In this document: in pieces, positions 13,041 to 25,064 of the stretch | Numbering within the stretch: the first letter of the stretch is position 1 | Layout of the letters: every line of letters starts with the position of its first letter | Assembly: GCF_030684315.1 (NCBI RefSeq) | Contig: NC_081401.1 | Span: 2,676,582-2,740,581, forward strand | Direction: 5' to 3' | DNA: 64,000 nt | Origin: Stegostoma tigrinum | Lineage: Eukaryota | Notes under the pieces: generated by a model | What the model saw: the letters and a program-made list of their open reading frames with translations, nothing else | Told to the model about the DNA's origin: nothing | Database searches by the model: none | Program-made: the position numbers and the translations under genes

Positions 13041-14944
13041 ATTGCTACACTAACGTTAAGCCGTTCACACTGTGACTCTTATCCGAGCTGATGGATAGAC
13101 TCCACTCATGCTGTGTGGCCGATGCACAAATGGAGTTTAAATTCACTCGTGCGCATGAACATCTGACTTGGCCAGGACTTATTACCCTTCCCTCATTTCT
13201 GTACATCCATTGTCTACATGTACAAACATGTCAAAGCATATTTAAATGTATTGGTGCTGTTGTTCTCAACACACTGTGTTAACATGTAACATTACAATCA
13301 CATCGTATTTTAAAGTTTCATCTTTGCTTGCAAACTGACAAATTGATGGGTGGTTGTCTATTGTTCCCTGAACGTAAAAGATCAATGAGACAAAATCCTT
13401 AACAGTGCATTTGTATTTCTATTAATGCGACAGAATGCAAGATAGTGGTGGCAGGGGAATGGTGTTGGCAGTGGTGATGGTTAGAAGGTTTGTATTCTTA
13501 ATCGGACCAAAGAACTAATGTCAGAATCTCAAATAAGCCCAACAAACTGTCCTAGTCAAATGTTATGGACTGGAAATTTCACTTCTTTCTTTCCCTTCGA
13601 TGAAGCTACTGGAATTTATGAGTATGACCTCAAATTATGGTTTGGGTTTCATTTGTAACATGTCGGGAGATCATGTCCAAATCCAACGCACATCTCTGGT
13701 TACCTGAGGTATTAATGCATGTTTGTCTTCCTGGCCTTACTCACCGCAAGGTATAAAGGATCCAACCATTTTGTACTGACTGCTTTGTCCCTGTGTCTCT
13801 TGGTTAGTCTCTCAGTATGACAGAAAGATAAAGGAAGGCACATGTACAGTGAGCCCTAGCTTGTACTTGCCTCGTCTTCCCTAACTGCCTTTGGAAAGAT
13901 TGAATGCATTTTCAAGAAAGAGATTTCTTATTTATTTAACCCTCCTCTCCATTTGACTTTGAGTGCTTGTGAAGGCTTTCCCCAGTGCGTGTAGAATTTC
14001 GAGCTTGGTGCCAACACAACGATGAATTTCAACGGATTCTTTACTCTTCTTGAGTTGTAGGTGGAAGGTGGAGGGCGGTTGTGTTGCAGCTCAATGTAAA
14101 TATTTAAAAAGTTGCTTAAAATTCATTCCATGCCTTTACTAACATAAATATAATCAATCTAATCCTAGAGTTTGTGTTCGTAATATCCTTGAGTTCGTAG
14201 TGGAGCGATGATTTGAGTTCTTCAATAACGACAGACTGCTTGTGGATTGCCAGTCACATCAATGCAAATAGTCCAAGTCTAAAACTCTTGATGAAGGGCT
14301 TCCCAATGCCCTGATCAGTATTTACCTGCGAAACAATAATAGAAGAGAACAACAAAACAACAAGGGAGACAGATTATCTGCTTATTATCAACCCTCTTTT
14401 GTTCGAAAGTGGTGTCTGCATATTGTGCACAATTTGGCACTGTAACGGTAGTTTCAATTAGAATAAAACAACCTAAGCGACTGAACTTAGAGACTGCATA
14501 CAATTCTTTCAGTAAGAACTGGCTTGTGTAGTTTTTCATTCACGATGACTTGAACGACTCCATACATGTGTTGGTGGGGCAGTTATTTGTGGAGAGGTTG
14601 GATCATTACGATTATGTTCATTGGAGTTTGTAAGATTGCATGGAGGGATCTGAAGAAGCCTTTAAAGTTCTTAAAATGTTTGGTAGTGTAGATACAGAAA
14701 GACCACACCTGAATGGTAGGTACAGCGGAACCAGGGGGCCACTGTATAAAGATAAGGTTTAGATCACTCAGGACTGAGATAAGAAGATGTTACATCACAC
14801 ATTGAACGGTGACCTATTGGAATTCTCTACCATGTGAAACTCTTAAGTCTAAAATATTAAAGACTTTCAAGAAAGATGTAAACATTTTAAGTACAAAGGA
14901 GATGAAAGTGTATAGGCAGAAAGCAAAGTCATAGGACAGAATTG

Positions 14945-15060
14945 GAAGACCTGTTTTGAGGAAGGGTCATTGGACCCGAAACTTTAACATTTTTTTCCCC
15001 TTCACAGCTGCTGCCAGGCCTTCTGAGCTTTTCCAGCAACTTAGTTTTTGCTCCTGACCC
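14945..15060 (+). mobile_element. Short Penelope-derived repeat, different family, hammerhead-like core
   Basis: ttgaggaagggtcattggacccgaaacttta followed by cagctgctgccaggccttctgagcttttccagcaac. Paralog at ~45575-45680; related copy at ~39105-39240. Confidence 0.6.
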
Positions 15061-15113
15061 TATATTCTCCTGTTATTTGTTTTGAAGATATAGTGCATGT
15101 TTTTTTTTCTCTG

Positions 15114-15340
15114 TCCCTGGGAGGTTCTTTCACGCAAGGTTTAAATGATTTGCTGCTTTTTAAGATTCCTCAAATAAAAAAAATAAATTATTCAACGCAT
15201 GATAAAATTTGGAGTCAGTGCATTTGATTATCTGAACCAAAAAAACTGCAGACGCTGCTTGATTATCTCCTGCTCACCCTGCTCTAATTGAGTAATTTGT
15301 TATTCAACTAGATTTGTAGTCTCACTGGAGTTTTAGTTCA
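15114..15340 (+). promoter_or_regulatory. Conserved upstream block of GPCR copy A (candidate promoter: O/E-like TCCCTGGGA, homeodomain CTAATTG, GATA-like motifs)
   Basis: Block 15195-15340 is nearly identical to 45815-45960 in unit B. TCCCTGGGA at 15114-15122, CTAATTG at 15284-15290, TGATAA/TTATCT motifs. Confidence 0.45.
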
Positions 15341-15431
15341 ACGTCATTTTGCATTGATTATATGTCAGTCTTATGCATGTCTTTCAGCTGGAAGACTCAT
15401 TGAATCCACAACATCACAGCTTGTTAGGAAA

Positions 15432-15501
15432 ATGGAGTACCCGATGATCTTACAGATCGAGTGCATTTACTATCCCATACTTGCAGCTGTTGGTGTAATT
15501 G
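15432..15501 (+). CDS. GPR139/GPR142-like class A GPCR copy A, coding exon 1
   Basis: aaaATGg start; MEYPMILQIECIYYPILAAVGVI+G; donor G|GTAAGA at 15502 (phase 1). Confidence 0.9.
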
Positions 15502-16440
15502 GTAAGAGTGTCATTCCAGTGTTTTTAAAGAAAGATAACACTTAACTGTACTCTTATGTTTCTGTTTGAAGTAAAACATATTGCTGGGCATTAACCATTT
15601 CTGACGCAAACCTTTCTGTCAGAGACTGAAGCAAAATTTCTTGATTTTGCTTATATCTACTAAAGAAAGTCGAGTTTATAAGCATTCTACACGACGTTAA
15701 ATTCAGAAATAAAGCATTTGTTCTGAGAACTCCCCTTTGGTTGATACTGCAGTGGGAATTGGATGAAAATTATTTGAATTGGAAGATAAATATCCTTCAG
15801 GGATCCATGAATTTTCGATTGAAATTGCATGCATGACGTGACGAGATGGCAATGTAACCCACGAAATGATTATCTTTTTGGGTAATAGTATTTCGTATGT
15901 CTTGCGATTGCGATACGCTCATGTACCTATCTGTTGTTTGTGATCCACTGAATATGTTCTCATGTGGCACAGTTTTGACTGACTCAAATCTGAATACAGT
16001 GAACAGCACAGCATTATTATTCTTTATTGTGTCTTCATAAACTGTGATACAGAGGAGGTTAAATTCACAAGCATCAGGCAAGCAATTTCATCTTTCTTTT
16101 CCGCAGATGCAATTGATGATTTGTGTTGTTATGTTCGTTACGTTAATATTCAGTCTCCACACTATAAGTTGCTTGGTACAATTTAATTATATAAAATAAT
16201 AGTTGGAATTATCTTCTGCAAGGTTAATAAAAATCTGAGGAATTGGGTCGACAGTTGATTGCATGCAGAAGCTAACATTTTGTACAATTGTCATTTGTGG
16301 TTAATAATACTTGCTGCATTTCACATGAGGCTTATAAAAACACTGTCATGTTGTTTGATTTTGTGCCCCTGGGCTTTTTAGCTACCAGAAATTTTCATAT
16401 GATTTCCACTCGAATATTGATAAAGTAGGCTGAGCAAATA

Positions 16441-17572
16441 CAACAGGCTAGGAAATCAAAAAACTGGGAAGGCTACAAAAACAAACGGAGTATAACAAAG
16501 AGAGAAATAAGGAAGGAGAGGATGAAATTTGAAGGTGGGCTAGCCAGTAATATTAGAAACGACAGTAAAAGTTTCTTTCAATACATAAGAAACAAACAAG
16601 AGGCAGAAATAGATATTGGGCTGCTCCAAATTGATGTTGGAAGGCGACTGATAGGAGATAAGGAAATAGCTGAATAACTTTAAAAGGACATTGCATCAGT
16701 TTTCACAGTGGAAGACGTGAGTAGTATCCCAAAAATTAAGGAGAGTCGGGGGCAGAGGTGAGTATGGTAGGCATTACAAAAGAGAGAGTGCTAGAAAAGC
16801 TAAAAGTTCCAAAAATTGATAAATCTCCTGGCCCCGATGGGCTACATCCTAGAGATATGAGGGAGGTGGCTGAGGAAATTGTGGAGGCTTTGGTTGTGAT
16901 TTTTCAAAAGTCACTGAAGTCTGGAAAAGTAGCATTGGAAAATCACTGTTGTAACACTCTTGTTTAAGAAAGGATCAAGATAAAAGATGGAAAATTATAG
17001 GCCGATTAGCCTAACCTCGGCTGTTGGTAAAATTCTAGAATCCATTGTTAAGGATTAGATTTCTAAATTCTTGCAAGTGCAGGGTTGAATTAGAACAAGT
17101 CAGCATGGATTTAGAAATGGGACGTCGTGCCTGGCAACCTCTTAGAATTATTTGAAGAGTTAACATATAGATTAGACCAGGAAAACAGAGTGGATGTTAT
17201 ATATCTAGACTTCCAAAAGGTTTTTGATAAGGTGCCCCATGGGAGGCTGCTTAGTATGGTGAGGGCCCGTGGTGTTCAAGGTGAGCTACTGGCTAGGATT
17301 AAGAAGTGGCTGTCTGACAGAAGGCAGAGAGTTGGGATAAAAGGCTCTGTTTTGGGATGGAAACAAGTGGTGTCCCGCAGGGTTCAGTGTTGTGGCCGCA
17401 GCTGTTCACTTTATATATTAATGATCTGGATGAAGGGACTGGGGGTATTCTGGAGAAGTTTGCCGATGATACACAGATAGGTGGACAGTCAGGTAGTACT
17501 GAGGAGGTGGGGAGGCTGCAGAGAGATTTAGACAGTTCAGGAGACTGGTCCAGGAAATGGCTGATGAAATTC
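16441..17572 (+). mobile_element. Internal CR1 ORF2 fragment in the GPCR A intron
   Basis: KSPGPDGLHPR, NYRPISLTS-like, VDVIYLDFQKVFDKVPH, GVPQGSVL, KFADDT; ends at WLMKF with no 3' tail. Confidence 0.9.
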
Positions 17573-17763
17573 ATCTGCTTGCTGTTTTTATATTTATATT
17601 CATTTTGTTTTCTTAGATTTGTGTTGTTTATGCTTGGATTATATATCACAATAACGTTGTTTTGATTGATGTATAGCAATTGGTGTGTTCTTGTTATCAT
17701 TGATATATGCTTTGTAGCAGCAGCCTAAAACAATGCGGTAATGTTCTGAAATTTTTCTTTCAG

Positions 17764-18668
17764 TTAATGTAGTGGCGATGATAATCTTGAGTCGAAGAAA
17801 CTGTGGCCTCTCCAAATGCATCACTTGCTACTTGTTCGCAATGTCAGTATCAGATCTAGTGCTCGTCATTTTTGATGTTTTACTGAACAGAATTAACAAC
17901 ATTCATTTCCCAGTTACATTCTTGCACATCACTCCTTTGTGTGCTCTCAGAATTTGTCTGCTCCTTATGGCCCTGGACAATTCTGTTTGGTTCACAGTTG
18001 CTTTCACCTTTGATCGGTTTGTAGCTATTTGCTGTCATAATCTTAAGTCAAAGTACTGCCACAAGAGAATGGCGACCACGGTTATAGGAGCCATAAGCAT
18101 TGTCAGTTGTTTATGTTCAGTTCCCTGGTACTTTGTATTTGCTCCTTCTTTTGTTGAAGATAATGTGCCATGGTTTTGTATCTTAACACCAGAATACCAT
18201 AACGCACTGTTTTGGAGAGCTTATGAGTGGATTCAAAGTATTTTAACACCTTTGCTTCCAATCATATTGATTCTGGTGTTCAACATTCTCACTGTCAGGA
18301 ATGTGATCGTGAGCAATCGTGCGCGCCTGCGTCTCCGGGATTATGGAAATGGAGAGAGCAAAATCGATCCAGAAATTGTAAACCGTAGAAAATCCATTAT
18401 TTTACTCTTCACTTTATCTGCTAATTTTATCGTGTTGTGGATGCCAAATATGGTACATTCTTTTGGCTGGCAAAATGTAAATTATAACTATGAAGACAAG
18501 ACAAATAGTGATCCGATATTTGTTTTTCAAGAATTTGGATTCATGCTGCAACTTCTTTGCTCTTGCACAAACACATGCATTTATATACTGACCCAGTCAA
18601 AATTCAGGGAGGAGTTAAAGAATGCACTGAAATATTCATTTCATATAATTGTTAATTTATGCAAATAA
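17764..18668 (+). CDS. GPR139/GPR142-like class A GPCR copy A, coding exon 2 (spliced product 324 aa, 7TM, intact)
   Basis: Acceptor ttttctttcag|TT completes V before N1.50. TM2 LFAMSVSDL, TM3 SVWFTVAFTFDRFVAIC (DRF), TM4 SVPWY, TM5 LLPIILILVFN, ICL3 RLRLRDYG, TM6 FIVLWMP, TM7 CTNTCIY, helix 8 SKFREEL. 70+905=975 nt open frame. Confidence 0.93.
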
Positions 18669-18744
18669 ACAAAGTGAACTGCCCTGCAGTTGGAGCTGTG
18701 TTCATTCCTAAAAAAAAACAGCCATTTCATATTTTATTTGAATG

Positions 18745-19470
18745 TATCTGTCGTGCTTGTTGACGGATACTTGAACGTGGCAGCACAGATTAGAAGGATG
18801 GCTAAGAAGTCCCAAGAGGCACTTTCCGTTAACATTTGTAACTTGGATTCTAAGAGCAGCAAGGATACGTTAGAGATGAACAGGACTTTGGTTAGGCTAC
18901 AGCTGGAGAAATGTGCATTGTTCTGGTTACTGCAATATTGGAAGGATATCATTGAACCAGAAGGTGTGCAGAATAGACTCACCAGGATATTTGTTAGTCT
19001 GAAGCATTTCAGCTTTAAATAGATGTTGGAAAAAAAACTCAGTGGTTCTCATTTGAGTAGGCAACGTTGAGGGGGCACATCATTGTCCTGTAGAAGATAA
19101 CAACGGGCATTGTCAGGATGAATATAAAAAAAAACTGTTCAATTGAGATGGAGAGTTAATAATGAGGTCAATTAAATTTTAAAAAGATTTTTCTCTCCTG
19201 GGATGGTGTGAAGCACGAATTCACTGCCTAGGATGGCACTTGATGTGTAAAACTTATAACACCTAAGATTTCCTTGAATAAGCACTCTAAGTTGCAGAAC
19301 TTTGAAAGAAAATAAAAGAAAATAAATGTCAGTAGAATTCGAAAAAAGAACATTGAAAGAAAAAAATTGGGTCAAAATGAAAGTGTATCTCGTGTCGTTA
19401 GAGATGTATTGTCGGCACACACATGTTGGGTCGATTGGCCCATTCTATTCTGTATGATTCTATGATTCTC
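18745..19470 (+). mobile_element. Old CR1 3' fragment downstream of GPCR A
   Basis: RTLVRLQLEKCALFW...KDIIEPEGVQNRLTR; decayed tail. Paralog at ~49325-50020. Confidence 0.75.
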
Positions 19471-19586
19471 AATCACTGTTCCGTCTTTGTGACAGGAAAA
19501 AAAAAATATTTAATGATATTGCTGTGTGATTTTCTGAATGGTTTCTAACTGTTTAAATCTCTGACACCTTTCTTAAAATTTAACTG

Positions 19587-20357
19587 CATGACCATTTCAA
19601 CTCCCCCATCCATTCTTCAGATGACATGTCCATCCTGGTCCTCCTGCAGTGCCATAATGATGCCACCCGTAGGTTGCAGAAACGCTACTCATATTCCGCT
19701 TGGGAACCCTGCAGCCCAATGGTATCAATGTGGATTTCACCAGCTTCAAAACCTCCCCTCCCCACACTGCATCCGAAAAGTAGCCCAGCTCATCCCCGCC
19801 TGCCTAACCTGTTCTTCCTCTGCCCTATCCCCTCCTCCCACCTCAAGACGCACCTCCATTTCCTACCTACTAACCTCAACCCGCCTGCTTGACCTGTCTG
19901 TCCTCCCCGGACTGACCTATCCCCTCGCTACCTCCCCACCCATACTCTTCTCTCCACCTACCTTCTCCTCGATCCATCTTCAGTCTGCATTCCCTTCTCT
20001 CCCTATTTATTTCAGACCCGTCTCCCCATCCCACTCTCTGATGAATTGTTCCGGGTGCTCCAGTTTCCTCCCACAGTCCAAAGATGTGCAGGCTAGGTGG
20101 ATTGGCCAATGCTAAATTGACCCTAGTATTCCGGGGTGTGTGGGTTATAGAGGGGTGGGTCTAGGTGGTATGCTCCAAGAGGGCGGTGTGGACTTGTTGG
20201 GCCGAAGGGCCTGTTCCCACACTGTAGGGAATCTAATCTAATCTAATCTAAAACGTCAGCTTTTGTGCTCCTGAGATGCTGCTTGGCCTGCTGTGTTCAT
20301 CCAGCTCCACACTTTGTTATCTTGGATTGTCCAGCATCTGCAGTTCCCATTATCTTT
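19587..20357 (+). mobile_element. Penelope-like 3' fragment specific to unit A, split by a SINE inside its hammerhead motif
   Basis: catttcaactccccc...ttgggaaccctgcagcccaatggtatcaatgtggatttcaccagcttc, then ctgatgaa|SINE|aaacgtcagcttttgtgctcctgagatgctgc. Empty site at ~50145. Confidence 0.85.
20046..20250 (+). mobile_element. 5'-truncated HE1-type SINE
   Basis: ccgggtgctccagtttcctcccacagtccaaagatgtgcagg...gggcctgttcccacactgtaggg with (aatct)n tail; same family as 22232-22553. Confidence 0.85.
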
Positions 20358-20869
20358 GCATAACTCTCTCGTTGGTTTGTGAATCCCAACTGATAATCAA
20401 CTGTCAGCCCAATTCATACATAGCATGTCATTCTTGGGTCTGCCATCGATTCTCTCAGATAAAGATTTTGTTAAATTATGTCGGGATAATTTACTTTTGA
20501 TCCGGAAATTTGTCGTATTGTCGTGTTCCTCTATTTATTTCTTCAACTTCAGATTTGCTGCATAGCATTTGGAAGGTTATCCCATCCCATGCGAACTGGG
20601 ACCTGTAACTTTTGCGGACACATCAGTCAGTTGTGATGCTGACAGATTGAACGCTTATGACGTTTATTGTGACAAGATCAATTTCCAATTCTTCAGCCAT
20701 GCATTTCAGCTCTGGCTGCCAAATGCAAGAGTCTGTGAAGCCTGAATGTTTGAAATAGGAAGGAGCAGAAGAAACTGGCTGTGATCTGGTGTACAGATGC
20801 AACTGGTCACGAATCTGGCTTCTCAATACATTAATGGATCATTACATATGTGGGTGGTCCAAATGGATA

Positions 20870-21170
20870 GAGTCGTAGACTAATACAACACAGAAACTAA
20901 CTATCCAGTCCAAACAGTCCATTTCGACCATACATATAAACTAAATCAGGCCCACCTATCTTTGTTTGATCTCTATAACTACAAAACATACTTATACCTG
21001 CATTTATCCAAACATCTTTTCATTGTTATAGCTATATCCACAACTATTACTTCCGCTGGAAGTTTATTCCACTCCCAAAACTCTTGTATATATATATATA
21101 AAAAATCCCCCCATGGTCTTTATAATTCTTAGTCTTCTCACCGAAACCATATGCTACCTTGGCTTGAAAT
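20870..21170 (-). mobile_element. Decayed CR1 3' end
   Basis: atagagtcgtagactaatacaacacagaaac...ccaaacatctttt...ttccgctggaagtttattccac resembles a minus-strand CR1 tail. Confidence 0.55.
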
Positions 21171-21439
21171 ATTGATAGGTTGGTGAGTTGGCGAGGATTT
21201 ACAAATTACCAAGTATTTTACATTATCCAGTGCATTAGCTGCAGTTGCTGGTAATCGAATGAAGTAGTCACTTGCCTGAGTTATATTCGCGATTACCCAG
21301 TCATGGTGGTGACTGCATATTTTGCTGGGAGGAGATATATGGTTGTTTAATAGTTGCGCAGTGCAATGACATGCTCTATGAGTGATATCAATGGATAGTC
21401 AGGACTGGTTAGGAGTGAAGACAGATAATTGGGGAGGGG

Positions 21440-21530
21440 TAACAACGTGTGGAGCTGGATGAACACTGCAGGCCATGCAGCATTAGAGGAGCATGAAGAC
21501 TGACTTTTCAGGCCTAGACCATTCTTCACA
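21440..21530 (-). mobile_element. Degenerate short Penelope-derived repeat
   Basis: taacaacgtgtggagctggatgaacactgcaggcc...gactgacttttcaggcctagaccattcttcaca. Confidence 0.7.
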
Positions 21531-22231
21531 AATGAATTTCAGAATTTGGGGTGAGTGCTGGTGGTAAATTGGAGGATTAACATCCGTTGCATTGTAGTTT
21601 TTATGAGGAATGCGACAATTTATTCATTCTGATCGGAGGACAAACATTTCAGATCAAGCTGCTCCCCATGTTCACTTGATAAGGAAGTTAGAGAGCAGAT
21701 GGTTTGTTTAGCTGCTTTCATTCTCTCAGCAACATCAATTCAAAACTTCAGATATTAATATGTGTAATATTTCAAAGTTAAAAACTTAGTTAATCATAGA
21801 ATCGCCACAATCTGACAACAGGCCCTTTGGCCAAACAAGTCCACACCCTCCCTCCGAGAGTATCCCACGCAGACCCATTCTCTACCCGCTCCCCCACCCC
21901 CGTGTATTTTCAAATGTCTAAGCCACCTAACTTGAACTTCCCCAGGCCCAGACGATTATTTGAAATAGGGTTTCCGGTAAAATGCATGCTTCAGCATAAT
22001 GAATCAGCTATAACTTGATTGACAGGTAGGGGGATGCCATTTGTAAAAGGCAAATTTATGTTGGCTATAATGTTATTCCATCGACTCTGGATTGTATGTT
22101 ATCAGCCTGAAATATAACATCAGACAGAGAACAACTGTCTTTGTTTGAAGAATTTATATGCCGGAACATTAAAGGCACCAGCATTATTCAAAATCTCACC
22201 TCGTTTAATTAGAGGAATGGATTCTAATGAT

Positions 22232-22553
22232 CAATTAGATTAGATCCCCTACAGTGTGGAAACAGGCCCTTTGGCCCAACAACTGCACACCGCCCCTTGA
22301 AGCATTCCATCCAGACCCATCCCCCTATCACCCACACACCCCTGAACACAACGGGCAATTTTAGCATGGCCAAACCACCTAGCCTGCACATCTTTGGACT
22401 GCGGGAGGAAACGGGAGCACCCGGAGGAAACACATGCAGACACGGGGACAATGTGCAAACTCCGCACAGACAGTTACCTGAGGCTGAAATCAAACGTGGG
22501 TCTCTGGCGCTGTGAGACTGCAGCGCTAACCACTGAGCCACCGTGCCGCCCAC
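22232..22553 (-). mobile_element. Full-length tRNA-derived SINE (HE1-type)
   Basis: Minus strand gggcggcacggtggctcagtggttagcgctgcagtctcacagcgccagagaccc (A-box, decayed B-box), body tctgtgcggagtttgcacatt, CR1-like tail with (atcta)n. Absent from unit B. Confidence 0.9.
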
Positions 22554-23850
22554 AATAGGTTGTATGAATGTAAAATGAAATTTAGTTTAAAATAGTATGA
22601 ATGCTGTTAAAACACGAAATTTACTTGTCTTATTTTGAATAGGTTTTGTTAAACGTTTCACATGCAAGAATTTTTTAACTTGCTCGTGTAAATCATTCAT
22701 AGCAAAATTTGTCTGTGTTACAATCAGCGCTTGTCCAGAATTATTTCCAATACAATGCCACTCAGCTTTACAACATATTTTAAGCCTGCAATTAACTTCA
22801 GTGCCAATGGGCTTCATAGGAAAAAAAATATCAGATTCCACTGCTTTATTTACCTGAAAATCTATCCAGAATTCTGTGCTGATGGAATGTCAGGTAAAAA
22901 TCATCATTTAAAGAAGGGAGGGAATTTAACTAAAATTTACCAATATGTCAATATCGGGAGAGTTTCGTGTGGAGTTGCTGGTTGTGAACTCAACCTCACA
23001 CAATTTTGGACTTGTCACTTTTTTTAGGATCATGGCCACTTCAACGACTTACCATTTATACCAGGTTGTCGTGAAATATTACATCACAAATTGCTGATGT
23101 GTCAATTTCAGGGGTGTTCCATGGAGTGGTTGCTTGCTGTGAGCCCTGTCTCACATAATTTCGCACTCTACACCTTTATTTTGTGCATGCTCGCACTACT
23201 ATACAGTACTGACCTTTCGTGGGATTTCCAGTCACAGAAATCTATTTAAAGCCCAACTCTTAATTCATTGCAAAGACAAGGTCAGGTTCGTACGTGTATT
23301 GCGTCCTTGCAGCACTGCCTGCCTGTTAAACTGTCAATATAAACACAGCTCTGAAGATGAAGCTGCAGAGGCATGACTGAATGTTTGAAAGATAAATGAT
23401 TTTTATGAGACTTGTGCTCTGAAAGACGTTTTCAACATCGGTCACATTGTATGTGTGGCATGATAATTCTGCACCACAATGATGTGCTAGATTGCAACTA
23501 TCTTGTTACAGCAGAACCACCTATATGTCATGATTTAAAATATTTATGGTGAAATCATTGGGCTGAATGTCCTTCTTCGCATCCCACATCTCATTGTCTT
23601 ATGATACAAAACGACATCTGTGTGGCTCTGTGTGATCACCTGTCGTGTGTATGAACTGTTCAAAAAGAAGAGGAGTCTCAGTGGTGGGGAGGAACTGTTA
23701 GAATAAAGGATCTGTTTCCGTGCTGAATGATGCAATGTTTCTGAAAGGACATGAACCACACCACAAAATCTTGCGTAAGACAAAATGACAGTATCCCCTG
23801 AGCAGTTCCTACAATGCAGGGCATCTTCCCACATATTCATTCAGTCTGCG

Positions 23851-23950
23851 ATAATAAAATGTGAGGCTGGATGAACACAGCAGGCCAAGCAGCATCTCAG
23901 GAGCACAAAAGCTGACGTTTCGGGCCTAGACCCTTCATCAGAGAGGGGGA
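23851..23950 (-). mobile_element. Short Penelope-derived repeat with intact minimal hammerhead core
   Basis: Minus strand CTGATGA-A-GGGTCTAGGCCC-GAAAC-GTC-AG at 23912-23941. Absent from the unit B counterpart (~56740). Confidence 0.85.
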
Positions 23951-25064
23951 TATCTGCAGTGGGTTCTAACTGCTAGTCACAGCATCAGATCGCCAGGTCG
24001 TTGGAACAATGCAGTGATTCTCAACAGATGGAATAGGAATTCAACTGGTAACTCTTCTGTCAAGTTCAATTTTAGAATAAGAGCCAGATTCTAACTAGAA
24101 TTAGGTCATTTTAAATAGTCGAGATAACATGGCATTCGCTGATAGAGCAGTAATCCACCTGTCAGGGGAAACCACTCATCTGCATGCAGTCTTAAATAGC
24201 ATCTTCATTAGGTTTTTGATTACTGAACGAAGAAGTTAACCTGAAGCATGACGCATGACAAGTCAAAACAAAGGAGATCTTCAAATGCACTGACAGTAAA
24301 GTGTAGCTTTTTTGGCATATTAGAGCCAGTGACAAAATAAGTCAAAATGTGAATGGTGACATTTGGGAATTGTTTCAGCAATTGCTCAAATTCCTCGAAT
24401 AACAGGGCAGAATGAAATTCATCAGGTTTCTGCTTTTTGGGTCTTTTCCTCGGGCATGTGCCATCTCTGCAGAGTTTAAGCTCCAACACATGTGCCAATG
24501 CTAGTCATACAAGGAATTGAGCCTACAATGAATGTAAAGAAGAAAACAATTAATTCTTTTCTGAAAGAAATTAACAATACTTCGGAGGCGGTATTCTTCT
24601 GGTGATGTCATTGAACTCAGAGTTCATAGGATGATGTTCTTAGGGCGCAGCGTGAAAGGTCAACAATGACATAGGCAACTCCTTCAGCTGTTTCCCCAAA
24701 ACGTCCCTTCCTAACAAATCCTGTTATTTCTGCTCAGAATCTGTGAAACACAATCGCTATGGCAATCCACTGTATTCTTCTTTTATTGCATTTGTTATTT
24801 CTGTACAAGTTTTGGTGTCAGCAAATCGTCCGGGGTCGCCATCTATTTCAAGTATTATTTGTCCATGTGTTGATCAGGTAATTTTAAGCCTGTTCTCAGA
24901 AACCCAAAAGAAATGCTGCTTCTGTTTCATTCAAAGCTACAACACTAAATCTTTAAAAACCTAACGAATGAAAAAAAGTTCTTTTTTTCCCCAAATCTTC
25001 TGCTTTTCACTGTGAAATCAACATCACTAAATCACAAAATGTATCTGTAGAAAATATGCTGAAA

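Noticed and set aside
15354-15431. Upstream in-frame extension of GPCR exon 1 in the ORF track
   Set aside because: Starts at a non-ATG codon and is not conserved as a frame in copy B; ATG 15432 has good context and is conserved.
15432-18668. Assigning the symbol GPR139
   Set aside because: Similarity is family-level only; it lacks the N- and C-terminal extensions of true GPR139 and occurs as tandem paralogs, so orthology is unsupported.
22480-22553. tRNA-like sequence
   Set aside because: It is the head of a SINE, continuous with SINE body and tail; not a tRNA gene.
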